Source: Terriglobia bacterium (GTDB taxonomy: Bacteria > Acidobacteriota > Terriglobia > JAJPHL01 > JAPKYU01). From it: a stretch of DNA of 64,000 nt. The translations under genes were made by a program, and so were the position numbers. Positions 9,922 through 20,373 of this stretch are shown piece after piece; the first letter of the stretch is position 1, and the number at the start of each line of letters is the position of its first letter. The DNA lies in the NCBI GenBank assembly GCA_965206645.1, contig CBDBKE010000004.1, positions 32,001 through 96,000 of the forward strand, given 5' to 3'. The notes under the pieces were generated by a model, which saw only the letters and a program-made list of their open reading frames with translations, was not told the DNA's origin and searched no databases.

Positions 9922-11184
9922 TGACCTGCCCCCGGTTGTTGGTCCACTTTTTATGTTAGTCCATAAGCCGTTGCAGCCGGGTGGAGCGGAGCGGAACCCG
10001 GCGGTAACGGCAAGATTGCTTCCGGGGCTGGCGGCCGGTAGCCCAACGCGCTGTGCGGGCGAACTTTGTTATACTCCCGTCGCCATCCCTCAATCAACAC
10101 CTTCGCTTCCCGCAAGGTGTAGAAGATCTCTCCATTGAGAAACTCGTCTCGAAACTTCCCGTTCAACGATTCTACATACCCGTTTTCCCATGGGCTCCCC
10201 GGCTCGATGAACAAGGTCTTTACCCCTACCCGCTCCAGCCAGTTCCGAACCAACCGTGCTGTGAACTCGGACCCATTGTCCGAGCGAATGTAATCGGGAA
10301 CTCCTCGCTCCACAAACAAGGCTGCCAGCCGTTCCAAGACACTCATCGAATCAGCTCGCCGTCCTACGTCGATCGCCAAACATTCTCGCGTGTACTCATC
10401 CACCACCGTCAACATCTTCAGGGGACGACCGTCCCGGGTTCGATCTGCCACAAAATCGTACGCCCAGACATGATCCCGCCAGCACGGTCTTAACCGAAGA
10501 CACGACCCATCGTTCAACCACAGGCGGCCTTTCCGGGGTTGTTTCTTCGGCACTTTCAGCCCCTCCTGCCTCCAGATTCTCTCCACGCGCTTATGGTTCA
10601 CCCGCCACCCCTCCCGTCGCAACAGCGCCGTGATTCGCCGGTAGCCGTATCGACCGTACTCGCCGGCTAACTGCAGCGTCCGGGTCACCAGTCGCGGTTC
10701 ATCCTGTGGTGTCAAGGTTCGATGCCGCTGGGTGGATCGGTACTGCCTCAGCACTCGACACGCCCGCCGCTCCGACACTCCCAAGGTCTGGCAGACACGC
10801 TCCACTGCCTGCCTCCGTCGGCGCGGGCTCAGAAGTTTCCCGAGGATGCCTCCTTCAGAATCGCTAGGTCCAACGCCTGATCCGCTACCAACTTCTTCAG
10901 TCGGCCATTCTCCCGTTCCAGTTCCTTCAGTCGCCTCACCTGATCAACCCGTAAGCTCCCGTACTCCTTCCGCCATCGATAATATGTCTGCTCTGTGATT
11001 CCCAACTTCCGACAGACCACTCCCGTTGTCTGGCCCTTAGCCAGTTCCACTTCTGCCTCTCGTAGATGTCGGATGATCTGTTCGGCCGTATCCCGCTTCT
11101 TAGCCATCCTTCCCCCTTTTTCAAGTCCAGTTGAAACCCTTTACTCTAACTTATCAACTGGACCGTTTTTGGGGGGGCAGGTCA
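9922..11184 (-). mobile_element. IS3-family element, orfA 10829-11107, orfB to 9951
   Basis: TGACCTGCCCCC IRs at both ends; DDE motifs; no target duplication. Confidence 0.95.
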
Positions 11185-11331
11185 CCTGTGGGAGGGTAGG
11201 ATTTGGGGATGAGAGGCATGGGTTCAAGATCAGTGGTAGGGTATACTTCTCGAGTGATCAAAGGCGCTGCAACTGGCGTGCCCCAGGGTGTTCCATTCGG
11301 GTGCCCGGACCAGCGTTGAAAGGGGACTCTG

Positions 11332-11565
11332 ATGCCAAAGGCTACCGAGGAGCTGGCTGCACTCGAGGAAGTCGCAGATAAACTTGATCTGATCCTACGA
11401 GTGATGGCCCTACAAGTCGCGGAAGACAAGAGCGTTACCGAAAGGGCCCGTCTTCTGAAGATGGCCGGCGTGGATAACCAGACCATCGCGGAAGTGCTGA
11501 ACACGTCTGTGGGAACAATCCGCGTGTTGACTTCCAACCTCCGCAAGCACAAGACGGCCAAGTGA
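11332..11565 (+). CDS. Small HTH protein 1
   Basis: AGGGG RBS; LKMAGVDNQTIAEVLNTSVGTIR is a sigma70-r4/LuxR-like HTH. Confidence 0.75.
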   Translation: MPKATEELAALEEVADKLDLILRVMALQVAEDKSVTERARLLKMAGVDNQTIAEVLNTSVGTIRVLTSNLRKHKTAK

Positions 11566-11575
11566 GAGCGCAATC

Positions 11576-11833
11576 ATGGTGAACACTGAGCGAACGGAAA
11601 CTCTACTGGCACTTATACTGCTGCAACAAATGAAATCGGCGTCTCAGCAGGACAAGATTGTTCAGCTGAACATAGCAGGATTCTCGAACCTTGAGATCGC
11701 GAACGTCCTGGAGACGACCCCGGCTGTGGTTGCCCAATCGGTCTACACGGGTCGGAAACGCGCTGACGGTAAATCCGGGAAGAGGTCGAAGAAAGCGGCA
11801 AAGAAATCAAAGCGCAAGTCGCGGGGCCGATAG
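11576..11833 (+). CDS. Small HTH protein 2 with Lys/Arg-rich tail
   Basis: LNIAGFSNLEIANVLETTPAVV aligns with protein 1; starts 10 bp after it. Confidence 0.75.
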   Translation: MVNTERTETLLALILLQQMKSASQQDKIVQLNIAGFSNLEIANVLETTPAVVAQSVYTGRKRADGKSGKRSKKAAKKSKRKSRGR

Positions 11834-11845
11834 CTGAGGTTTTAC

Positions 11846-12355
11846 ATGCCCGCCATCGGCGACTTCCGAACAACTACATTTGATGTCGGTCGAGTAAAGA
11901 CCTCAGGCCGGAACGTTGGCTCCAACGTTTATTGGAAACTCTATGCCATCGAGAATGTCATAAGAGTCATCATTCATTCCGTTCTGAGTGCCCAAATCGG
12001 TTCCAACTGGTGGTCTACGGCCGTCGATTCACGTATCCAGGGCAAAGTCCAGCGCTTCCGTGCCACCTACGGAGCTAGTCCCTGGCACAGCTCACCTGGG
12101 CAACACGAAATCTACTACCTAGATTTGTCGGATTTAAACGAGATCATGCGAGCTAATAGCAATCTGTTTGCGCCGGTTGTGCCGGACGTGCATCAGTGGA
12201 TTGCCCGCATTGAGCAGGTACGTCTGCCGCGCAACATCGTTGCCCATATGAACTGGCCCCATCAAACGGACCGCCAACGCATCGAGGTCACGTACAAAGA
12301 CGTCCGGGCTCTAGCGAACCAACTCGCGGGATCGTTGGCGCTGTCGATACCTTAG
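11846..12355 (+). CDS. Swt1-like HEPN domain protein (predicted RNase)
   Basis: LYAIENVIR, GSNWW, YLDLSDL and an RxxxxH motif (RNIVAH); GAGG RBS. Confidence 0.8.
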   Translation: MPAIGDFRTTTFDVGRVKTSGRNVGSNVYWKLYAIENVIRVIIHSVLSAQIGSNWWSTAVDSRIQGKVQRFRATYGASPWHSSPGQHEIYYLDLSDLNEIMRANSNLFAPVVPDVHQWIARIEQVRLPRNIVAHMNWPHQTDRQRIEVTYKDVRALANQLAGSLALSIP

Positions 12356-12472
12356 GGACAGACCGCCATACGAGAGACTGGCCGCTGTGTTATCTGCTTG
12401 TAAAAACTCCGAAGTCAAGGTCCGCAGCAGCCCGCCCAATGGCTCAGGACCGTTTCAGCCCGCTCCGGTCTT

Positions 12473-12626
12473 TGGGCGAACCGCCGCAAGCGGGAACTAC
12501 TGGAGATACTAGATCGGCTCAGCACTTCGATCGAAGAGTTGGACCAGGCCGCGAAACAGGAAGCCGAGGGCCGCGCTGAGGCAGTGTGTTTGATGACCCA
12601 ATCGGGAGTGGGACCGGTCACGGCAC
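12473..12626 (+). mobile_element. IS110-family transposase internal fragment
   Basis: RELLEILDRLSTSIEELDQ...LMTQSGVGPVTA, matching the IS110 L.TIPGVG..TA motif. Confidence 0.6.
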
Positions 12627-12745
12627 GGTATTGTCAAGTTGAGGCTGACGGCTGTTTTTGATGCTCAGCATGGTGGGTTCGAGACGGGCTGGAGCCCAAT
12701 ATCTTGGGGGTCGATCGCCGAGCTTTTCGTCAACTTGACAATGCC
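12627..12745. mobile_element. MITE-like element, 119 bp
   Basis: Terminal IRs GGTATTGTCAAGTTGA / TCAACTTGACAATGCC (15/16); related to the ends of 20813-20943. Confidence 0.7.
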
Positions 12746-13094
12746 GTCCAATGACCTCTTCCTTGCATCGATGAGCCTCGGAGAACTGGTGCGCGGCGCC
12801 CACCGTGTGAAGGACAAGGTGAAGAGGGAGCGTTTCAAGAGATGGATCTATCATGATCTGGCCGCCCAATTCCAGGGACGCATCCTTCCTTTCGATCAAG
12901 AGGCGGCGGTGATCTGGGGCGAGATCATGGGCAATGGCGACAGAACCGGCCACCCAAAACCAATGGGCGATGCGCAGATCGCTGCCGTGGCGCGACGGCA
13001 CGATCTGACGTTGGTCACACGCAACACCAGGGATTTTACGGATATGGATGTGGCTCTTATCGATCCATGGAAACCCGGCGCATCTTTGGGGTGA
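12746..13094 (+). pseudogene. vapC: VapC/FitB PIN-domain toxin, 5'-truncated
   Basis: SLGELVRG, ILPFD, DAQIAAVA...LVTRNTRDF...IDPW. The N-terminal LDTN motif and the antitoxin are replaced by the MITE. Confidence 0.8.
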
Positions 13095-13177
13095 GGGCAA
13101 TCATTGACCCTCAAGCGCTCCCTCCCGTGGTTTGTTTAAGGCGCGTGGGAGAATGGGCCGACTGATTTGGAAGAACG

Positions 13178-14065
13178 ATGAAACGGGCAAAAAGGAGACA
13201 GACGGCGGTTCTTGCCCTTTCCGTGCTGGCGTTGACGCTAATCGCGCCTTGGGCGCTCGGGCAGGACCCGGACCCGCTCACGGAAATCCGCCGCCGCGCC
13301 GATCAGGGTGACGCCGATGCCCAATTCTTACTCGGCCTCCGGTACGCCAACGGCGAGGGCGTGCCGGAAAACGATGCTGAGGCTGTGAAGTGGTATCGGC
13401 TCGCCGCCGAGCAGGGTCACGCCAATGCCCAGTTCAACCTCGGGGTCATGTACGCCAACGGGCGGGGCGTTCTCAAGGACGAGGCCGAAGCCGTGCGCTG
13501 GTTTCGGCTCGCTGCGGATCAGGGTGACGCCGGTGCGCAGCTCCAACTCGGTCTCATGTACGCCAACGGGTGGGGCGTTCTCAAGGACGATACCGAAGCC
13601 GTGCGCTGGTACCGTCTGGCCGCCGACCAGGGTAACGCCACTGCGCAGTTCAATCTCGGGTTCAAGTACGCCAACGGCGAGGGCGTGCCGGAAAACGATG
13701 CCGAAGCCGTGCGTTGGTACCGTCTGGCCGCCGAGCAGGGTCACGCCGGTGCCCAAAACAACCTCGGTCTCAAGTACGCCAACGGCGAGGGCGTAGCGCA
13801 AGACCTGGCCGAAGCCGTGAAGTGGTATCGGCTCGCCGCCGAGCAGGGGGACGCCATGGGCCAATACGCCCTCGGGGTCATGTACGACTACGGCAAGGGG
13901 TTACCGGATGATTACGTGCTCGCCTATGCCTGGTACAACCTTGCCGCCGCGCAAGGAAACGAGGTGGCTAGGAAGAACAAAGACAATCTCCGGACGCGCA
14001 TGACCCCCGACCAAATCGCGCGGGCGCAAGAACTAAGCGCGACCCTTTTCGACCGCATCAACTAG
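13178..14065 (+). CDS. Secreted Sel1-like repeat protein
   Basis: Signal peptide plus six 36-aa repeats (AQFNLG.MYANG.GV..D.AEAV.WYRLAAEQG). Confidence 0.95.
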   Translation: MKRAKRRQTAVLALSVLALTLIAPWALGQDPDPLTEIRRRADQGDADAQFLLGLRYANGEGVPENDAEAVKWYRLAAEQGHANAQFNLGVMYANGRGVLKDEAEAVRWFRLAADQGDAGAQLQLGLMYANGWGVLKDDTEAVRWYRLAADQGNATAQFNLGFKYANGEGVPENDAEAVRWYRLAAEQGHAGAQNNLGLKYANGEGVAQDLAEAVKWYRLAAEQGDAMGQYALGVMYDYGKGLPDDYVLAYAWYNLAAAQGNEVARKNKDNLRTRMTPDQIARAQELSATLFDRIN

Positions 14066-14165
14066 CACTCTGGTTATGTTTTCTCTCAGCTCACTGGGCG
14101 GTGGCTCAAAAAGCAGGTAGCTCCGACGAAAGGGGTTGTCTGAGAGGAACATGGGAGAATAGGGC

Positions 14166-14291
14166 ATGCAGCGTCAACGCGGCGAGTTGGTTCCGATCGG
14201 TGATGCCTTGGCCGATTTGGGCGGTCCGGTGAAAGCGATCCGCGACGCCACGCCCCAGGCGCAGCACCACTTCACCCAGGCCGCGCAATGA
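14166..14291 (+). pseudogene. Plasmid RepA N-terminal stub
   Basis: MQRQRGELVPIGDALADLGGPVKAIRDATPQAQHHFTQ. The upstream DNA and first codons repeat at 27929-28013. The RepA assignment is from family recollection. Confidence 0.5.
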
Positions 14292-14761
14292 GTGATGATG
14301 AAAAAAAGGCAGCAAGCGAGCTGCAAGTATTCGAGGATTTTATAAGTCGCCCGGGTTTGCCGATTGATCGCCAATCAATCAGGAAATGCGCTCCTCCGGA
14401 GCCCGACATTCTCTGCAAGGTGTCTGGTGAATACGTTGCGTTCGAACTCGCTGAAGTTTGTTCACCAGAAATTCCTAGAGAGATTTCTCATATACCTCCG
14501 ACTGGGGGTGTATCGAATTTTATTCGGTCGGGTGATCCTTTACCTGAAATCGCAAGGAAGAAAATAATAAAATCTAAGAACTACCGGACTGACTATCCAA
14601 TCGAGCTTCTTTTCTACACAGACGGTCGAGTCGTGCAGCCGCCAGATGTGAGTAGATCTTCAATTCAAGATTCATTCAGTAGTGACGCTGGTCGTTTTCG
14701 CAGAGTGTGGTTCATGGGGCAACCTAACGAAACTTGTGAATGTGTTGTTGATGAGACATAG
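14288..14761 (+). CDS. Hypothetical protein, possible PD-(D/E)xK nuclease fold
   Basis: PEPDILC...VAFELAE; AT-richer than flanks; ATGA overlap with the repA stub. Confidence 0.6.
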   Translation: MSDDEKKAASELQVFEDFISRPGLPIDRQSIRKCAPPEPDILCKVSGEYVAFELAEVCSPEIPREISHIPPTGGVSNFIRSGDPLPEIARKKIIKSKNYRTDYPIELLFYTDGRVVQPPDVSRSSIQDSFSSDAGRFRRVWFMGQPNETCECVVDET

Positions 14762-14961
14762 AGTTGATTCTGCATCCCTCGACACCGACCATCTCTCCGT
14801 CATCCGCCCCGGCCCGTCTCGTGGAGGAAAAACATGATGGCACACCAAAAAACCGTTGAACTCGTAGAAGTAGAACATAAGCACGATCCCGTGCTTTGTC
14901 CCAAGTGCGGGGAAAAGGCGCTGAAAACAGCCTGTCCGGTCAAGCCGATGCCAGATCCCCC

Positions 14962-15064
14962 TGACCTGACCGGCCCTTTTTGTACCGAGTGGAAAGAGAG
15001 AGAATCCACTTGAGGAGGCAGTCCGGTCATGCCAACCCGGAATTACACACCAGAGCAGATCGTG
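14962..15064 (+). mobile_element. IS3 left-end remnant
   Basis: TGACCTGACCGG IR and orfA start MPTRNYTPEQIV. Confidence 0.8.
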
Positions 15065-15065
15065 C

Positions 15066-15286
15066 ATGACGATCAAAGCAAACGTGACCCAAGAGAAAAC
15101 CGATCCTGAGAACCGAGTGCTCCTTCCGTTCAGGGCATTTCTGCTGGTTTCGCTGTTCTTGGTCGTTGCTCCTGTCTGCGTCGCGCAGCAACGAGAGGCC
15201 GCTATCGAGGTCTTCGTTGTCGGAGGTCCTTATGCTTATGGGAACTTGGTGTTATCCCCTCAATCCACTTCGATATCCCCGCAATG
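15066..15286 (+). pseudogene. 5' part of a secreted protein cut by IS3
   Basis: Hydrophobic signal (FLLVSLFLVVAPVCVA-QQ), then the IS IR at 15287. Confidence 0.4.
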
Positions 15287-16460
15287 TGACCTGACCGGCA
15301 CTTTTTGTACCAAGTGGAAAGAGAGAGAATCCACTTGAGGAGGAAGTGAGGTCATGCCGACAAGGAGTTACAAGCCGGAGCAGATTGTAGCGGTGCTACG
15401 GCAGATAGAAGTGCAGATGGGGAACGGGAAGACTGCGCCCCAAGCCTGCAAAGAAGCTGGAATCCACACCCAAACCTACTACCGGTGGCGGAAGGAATAC
15501 GGCGGGCTGAAGGTGGTGCAGGCAAAACGGCTAAAGGAGTTGGAGAAGGAAAACACGCGGCTGAAGCGGTTGGTAGCGGAGCTTTCTCTGGAGAAGCAGG
15601 TGCTGCGGGATGTGGCACAGGGAAACTTCTGAGCCCTGAGCGGCGGCGTTGTGCGGTGGAGCGTGCGTGGGAGCAACACGGGTTGTCGGAACGGCATGCC
15701 TGCCGGCTGCTGGGGCAATGGCGAGGGACACAACGATACGAGCCGATTCATCGGGTGGACGAGGATGCTCTGACCCGAGTGATCATTGCCCTGGGAGCGA
15801 AGTACGGGCGATATGGCTACCGGAGGATCACAGCGTTGCTGCGGAGTGCGGGCTGGGAAGTGGGCAAGGACCGGGTGCAGCGGATTTGGCGGCGGGAAGG
15901 GCTGAAAGTGCCGCAAAAACAAAGGCCGCGAGGACGGCTGTGGCTGAACGACGGTTCCTGTGTACGACTGAGGCCGGAGCGACCGAACCACGTGTGGAGC
16001 TACGACTTCATGAGTGCCAGAACGCACGAGGGGAGAACGCTGCGGCTGCTGACCTTGCTGGATGAGTACACGCGGGAATGCCTGGCGATCCGGGTGGAGC
16101 GGAGGATGGGCAGCCAACAAATCATTGAGGCGTTGTCGGACGTGATGTTGTGGCGAGGGATACCGGAACAGATTCGATCCGACAATGGTCCCGAGTTCAT
16201 CGCCAAACAACTGCGCCAGTGGTTGGCAAATCTAGGGACCGGGACACTGTACATCGAACCGGGCAGTCCCTGGGAGAACGGGTACTGCGAGAGTTTCAAT
16301 GGGAAGCTGCGGGACGAATGCCTGAATGGAGAGATCTTCTACTCGTTGAAGGAGGCACAGGTGCAATACAACACGGTGATTGAACAGTGGAGAGTGCAAT
16401 ACAACACGGTGCGGCCGCACTCGGCGCTCGGCTATAGGCCCCCGGCGCCGGGGGCCTATA
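15287..16460 (+). mobile_element. IS3-family copy lacking its right end (ends at internal palindrome)
   Basis: orfA 15354-15632 and orfB; near-identical to 28931-30180 up to the palindrome. Confidence 0.95.
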
Positions 16461-17856
16461 GAGTCTGTGTGAGCAAACCGCTCTTGCGAGTCACGTATAA
16501 TGCGCCTTAAGGGGGCGCGATGAAATTCTTGACCTACAACCCGGAGCAAGCGTATCTGCTACCGCCCAGCGTGCGGGAGGTGCTGGGAGAAGATCACATC
16601 TGTTTTTTTGTGCACCAAGTCGTGGAGCGGCTGGAACTGAGTGCGTTTGAGCAGGGCTACGTGGAAGAAGGCCGCCCGGCCTATCATCCGGCGCTGTTGC
16701 TGAAGGTGTGGCTGTATGCCTACGCGCTGGGCGTGACCTCGGCCCGCCGTCTGGAACAGCGGGTGCGGGAGGACCTGGCGTTCCGTTATCTGGCGGCCGG
16801 AGCGGGGCCGGACTTTTGGACGCTGAACCAGTTTCGGACGCGGCACGCCCGTGCCCTGAACGATCTGTTCACACAGGTGGTGGAGTTGGCGCGGTCGCTG
16901 GGGATGGGGCGGCTGGGACACGTGGCCATGGACTCGACGCGGGTGGCGGCCAACGCCTCGCAGGACCGGGTGGAGACGGTGGCCAAGTTGAGGGCAGAGC
17001 GAGCCAAAATTCGGCGGCAGATTCGTCGCTGGCAGAAACAATGTGACACGCAGTCCTGCGAGGAAGCGGCTGGCCAGCAACTGAGCGGCAAGCAGATGGC
17101 AGCGCTGGAGAAGCGGCTGGAAGAAATCCCGCGATGCCTGGAGCGGTTGCGCAAAAGCGGGCTGAAGCGGCGTTCGGAAACCGATCCCGACAGCCGGTTT
17201 TTGCGCGACCGCAAGGGATTCACGCTGGGTTACACGGCGGAGGTGGCGGTCAGCGAAGATCATCTGATTGTCGAGCAGCACGTGGGGCAAAACGCCACCG
17301 ACAACGCGACGCTGGTCCCTCTGGTGGAGGCGGTCGAGCGGCGCTGCCGGGAACGCCCGCAGAAGGTCAGCGCCGACAGCGGCTTCTTTTGCTTGGAGAC
17401 CATCGTGGAACTGGCCCAGCGTGGCCTGGACGTCTATGTGCCCGACTCGAACTTGGCGCGGGAACTGAACCGAGGCCAACGCGCGCCCGGAGCACCTGCT
17501 GTACGGCATCCGGAACATCGGCGAATGCGACGCAAGCTGCGCGACCCGGCCGGCCGGGCGGTTTATCAGCGGCGCAAGGCGATCGTGGAACCAGTGATCG
17601 GGGTTTTGAAAGAACAGCGTGGAATGCGGCAGTTCCGGCGGCGGGGCCTGGAGAAGGTCGCGGTGGAGTTCGCGCTGGCCGCAACGGCCTTCAACCTCAC
17701 CCGCCTGTGGCGCAACAAACCGAAGCTAAATCAGGAAGGCTAGTTCAGCAGACTCCCGGACCGGCGACTCGGCGAAGATCGAAACACCAGAATTCTGGAG
17801 CGAATCATGATCCCTTTTGATTTCCAGCCAGCTAAACCGAGTTTCCACACAGGCTC
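16461..17856 (+). mobile_element. IS1182-family element, transposase 16520-17743
   Basis: GRPAYHP.LLLKVWLYAY, MDSTRV.ANAS, ADSGF and RKAIVEPV.G motifs; IRs GAGTCTGTGTG / CACACAGGCTC; same palindrome on both sides. Confidence 0.92.
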
Positions 17857-19018
17857 TATAGGCCCCCGGCGCCGGGGGCCTATAGCCGAGCGCCGAGTGC
17901 GGCCGCACCGTGTTGTATTGCACCCTCCACTGTTCAATCACCACCTGTGCCTCCTTCAACGAGTAGAAGATCTCTCCATTCAGGCATTCGTCCCGCAGCT
18001 TCCCATTGAAACTCTCGCAGTACCCGTTCTCCCAGGGACTGCCCGGTTCGATGTACAGTGTCCCGGTCCCTAGATTTGCCAACCACTGGCGCAGTTGTTT
18101 GGCGATGAACTCGGGACCATTGTCGGATCGAATCTGTTCCGGTATCCCTCGCCACAACATCACGTCCGACAACGCCTCAATGATTTGTTGGCTGCCCATT
18201 CTCCGCTCCACCCGGATCGCCAGGCATTCCCGCGTGTACTCATCCAGCAAGGTCAGCAGCCGCAGCGTTCTCCCCTCGTGCGTTCTGGCACTCATGAAGT
18301 CGTAGCTCCACACGTGGTTCGGTCGCTCCGGCCTCAGTCGTACACAGGAACCGTCGTTCAGCCACAGCCGTCCTCGCGGCCTTTGTTTTTGCGGCACTTT
18401 CAGCCCTTCCCGCCGCCAAATCCGCTGCACCCGGTCCTTGCCCACTTCCCAGCCCGCACTCCGCAGCAACGCTGTGATCCTCCGGTAGCCATATCGCCCG
18501 TACTTCGCTCCCAGGGCAATGATCGCTCGGGTCAGAGCATCCTCGTCCACCCGATGAATCGGCTCGTATCGTTGTGTCCCTCGCCATTGCCCCAGCAGCC
18601 GGCAGGCATGCCGTTCCGACAACCCGTGTTGCTCCCACGCACGCTCCACCGCACAACGCCGCCGCTCAGGGCTCAGAAGTTTCCCTGTGCCACATCCCGC
18701 AGCACCTGCTTCTCCAGAGAAAGCTCCGCTACCAACCGCTTCAGCCGCGTGTTTTCCTTCTCCAACTCCTTCAGCCGTTTTGCCTGCACCACCTTCAGCC
18801 CGCCGTATTCCTTCCGCCACCGGTAGTAGGTTTGGGTGTGGATTCCAGCTTCTTTGCAGGCTTGGGGCGCAGTCTTCCCGTTCCCCATCTGCACTTCTAT
18901 CTGCCGTAGCACCGCTACAATCTGCTCCGGCTTGTAACTCCTTGTCGGCATGACCTCACTTCCTCCTCAAGTGGATTCTCTCTCTTTCCACTTGGTACAA
19001 AAAGTGCCGGTCAGGTCA
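17857..19018 (-). mobile_element. IS3-family copy, inverted, lacking its right end
   Basis: orfA 18673-18951; mirror image of 15287-16460. Confidence 0.95.
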
Positions 19019-19116
19019 GATGTAGGCGCCACCCAGGGGTTCGAGACAGGAATCGGTTGGCGATTCTGATCGAAGAAGGACGTCACCGTGAGGATCGAAC
19101 AGAGCCAGAGCCAACG

Positions 19117-19350
19117 ATGAAGCGCAAAGACGACGGGTTGACTCTAATCCGTGAAATTTTGAGCGAGCTTCCCGCGCCGGTGAAGCCGGCCGCTAAGCCT
19201 CAAGCGGTTCACCCATTCACGCGCTTCAACCAGGTTAACCAGTTGGTCGGGGCCAGTGAAGCGGACCTGGGTTTCATGGCACGGTTGCATCGGGCATACC
19301 GGAGTCAGGCAAAAGTGCGTCGAACTTGCGCCGTTTCCGCTTGTCCATGA
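19117..19350 (+). pseudogene. Plasmid RepA N-terminal remnant (divergent)
   Basis: PQAVHPFTRFNQVNQLVGASEADLGFMARL resembles and extends the 14166 stub (PQAQHHFTQ). Confidence 0.45.
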
Positions 19351-19722
19351 GGCCCGCATCATGAAGATCGGATGCGGTTTCATGGACCGCCCCGAGGGCG
19401 TCACTTCGATACGCCTTGCTCGTCAGGGTGTATACGCGTATAATAGTTTAACGTTTTTATGTTATGCGCTTATTAATACTCCTTAGCCACTAGTTCTGCT
19501 ATCGACGGCAGCCCACGGTCCTTGAATACCCGATCGAGGCCCTCCATCAACAGGGTGTGCATCTTGGTATTTTTTTCAGAGGCCAAGCGGCGCACCTGTT
19601 CATAGACCGGCAACGCGAGATAGGCGGTCTGCTGCTTGATGCCTGTCTAATGTGGAGCAGGCCGAAAACGGGAATGGTCATTCCGGTCTCTCCCGTGGCC
19701 AAAGCAATGGCAGCCTTTCCAT

Positions 19723-19908
19723 GTGGACGAACCTTCACAGAAGAACGCCAAGCCGGCGAAGACCCATGAGCCGACAAAGCGGCTCGGTGTTGATGTGCTG
19801 GTCTCAGTCCATCGGCGCGTCAAGACAGCGTGTAGCGCCGCACACCACCAGATGTTCGCAGAGCGACGGCACTTAATCGAAGCTCGCATATTCGTAGCTA
19901 GAAAGTGA
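19723..19908 (+). CDS. ParG-like ribbon-helix-helix protein, possibly degenerate
   Basis: EPTKRLGVDVLVSVHRRVKTACSA...M.E.R.LIE pattern typical of plasmid RHH partition proteins. Confidence 0.45.
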   Translation: MDEPSQKNAKPAKTHEPTKRLGVDVLVSVHRRVKTACSAAHHQMFAERRHLIEARIFVARK

Positions 19909-19935
19909 GATCGGAAGTGGCGGGGACTGCTCCCC

Positions 19936-20373
19936 CGCTGATGCCCGTGTTACCCTGGCGAGGCTTCCTGCTGAAATGAAGCTTGTGGCCCCACGCCGTT
20001 CACTTTGGCAAGAATCCATCCTGCAATTCCTTTCGCGCTGCGTTCCATCCGCCGTGGGATAGCGGTCCGGTTCCAGGTGCCCCGTCCCGGTTGCGATTCC
20101 CCAATCAGGCTTGCCGCCTACGACCGGAGAACGGGTGTGGGGTTGCGCCATTTGCCGCTGGCCTTTGCTGGTTCCGCTTTGTTCCGACGCAAGGCTCGCG
20201 CCAGAACGGTCGCCTCGCCTGGAGGCGTCTGGCACTCGCTCTTGCCCTTGTCGGCCCTGCCCGTCACTGGCTTGGCGGCGCTGTTCCTCCCGTGTCAGGG
20301 TTTGGCCGTTTCCGCCATTTGCGGGTGAGCGGAAACGCTCACAAACCCTTAAACTTTCAGGAGGAAACACATC
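19936..20373 (+). repeat. Structured noncoding leader, copy 2
   Basis: Paralog of 1106-1543. Confidence 0.8.

Noticed and set aside
13290-13900. 108-bp tandem repeats as a CRISPR array
   Set aside because: They are in-frame Sel1 coding repeats with no unique spacers, and no cas genes are present.
15352-16549. Repeated antisense and alternate-frame ORFs inside IS copies
   Set aside because: Shadow ORFs of GC-rich transposase genes. They recur only because the IS is repeated.
19445-19472. Canonical dif site (TAAGCGCATAA-CATAAA-AACGTTAAACT on minus)
   Set aside because: The XerC-like arm is fair, but the XerD arm only aligns with a 5-bp spacer. Too weak to call.
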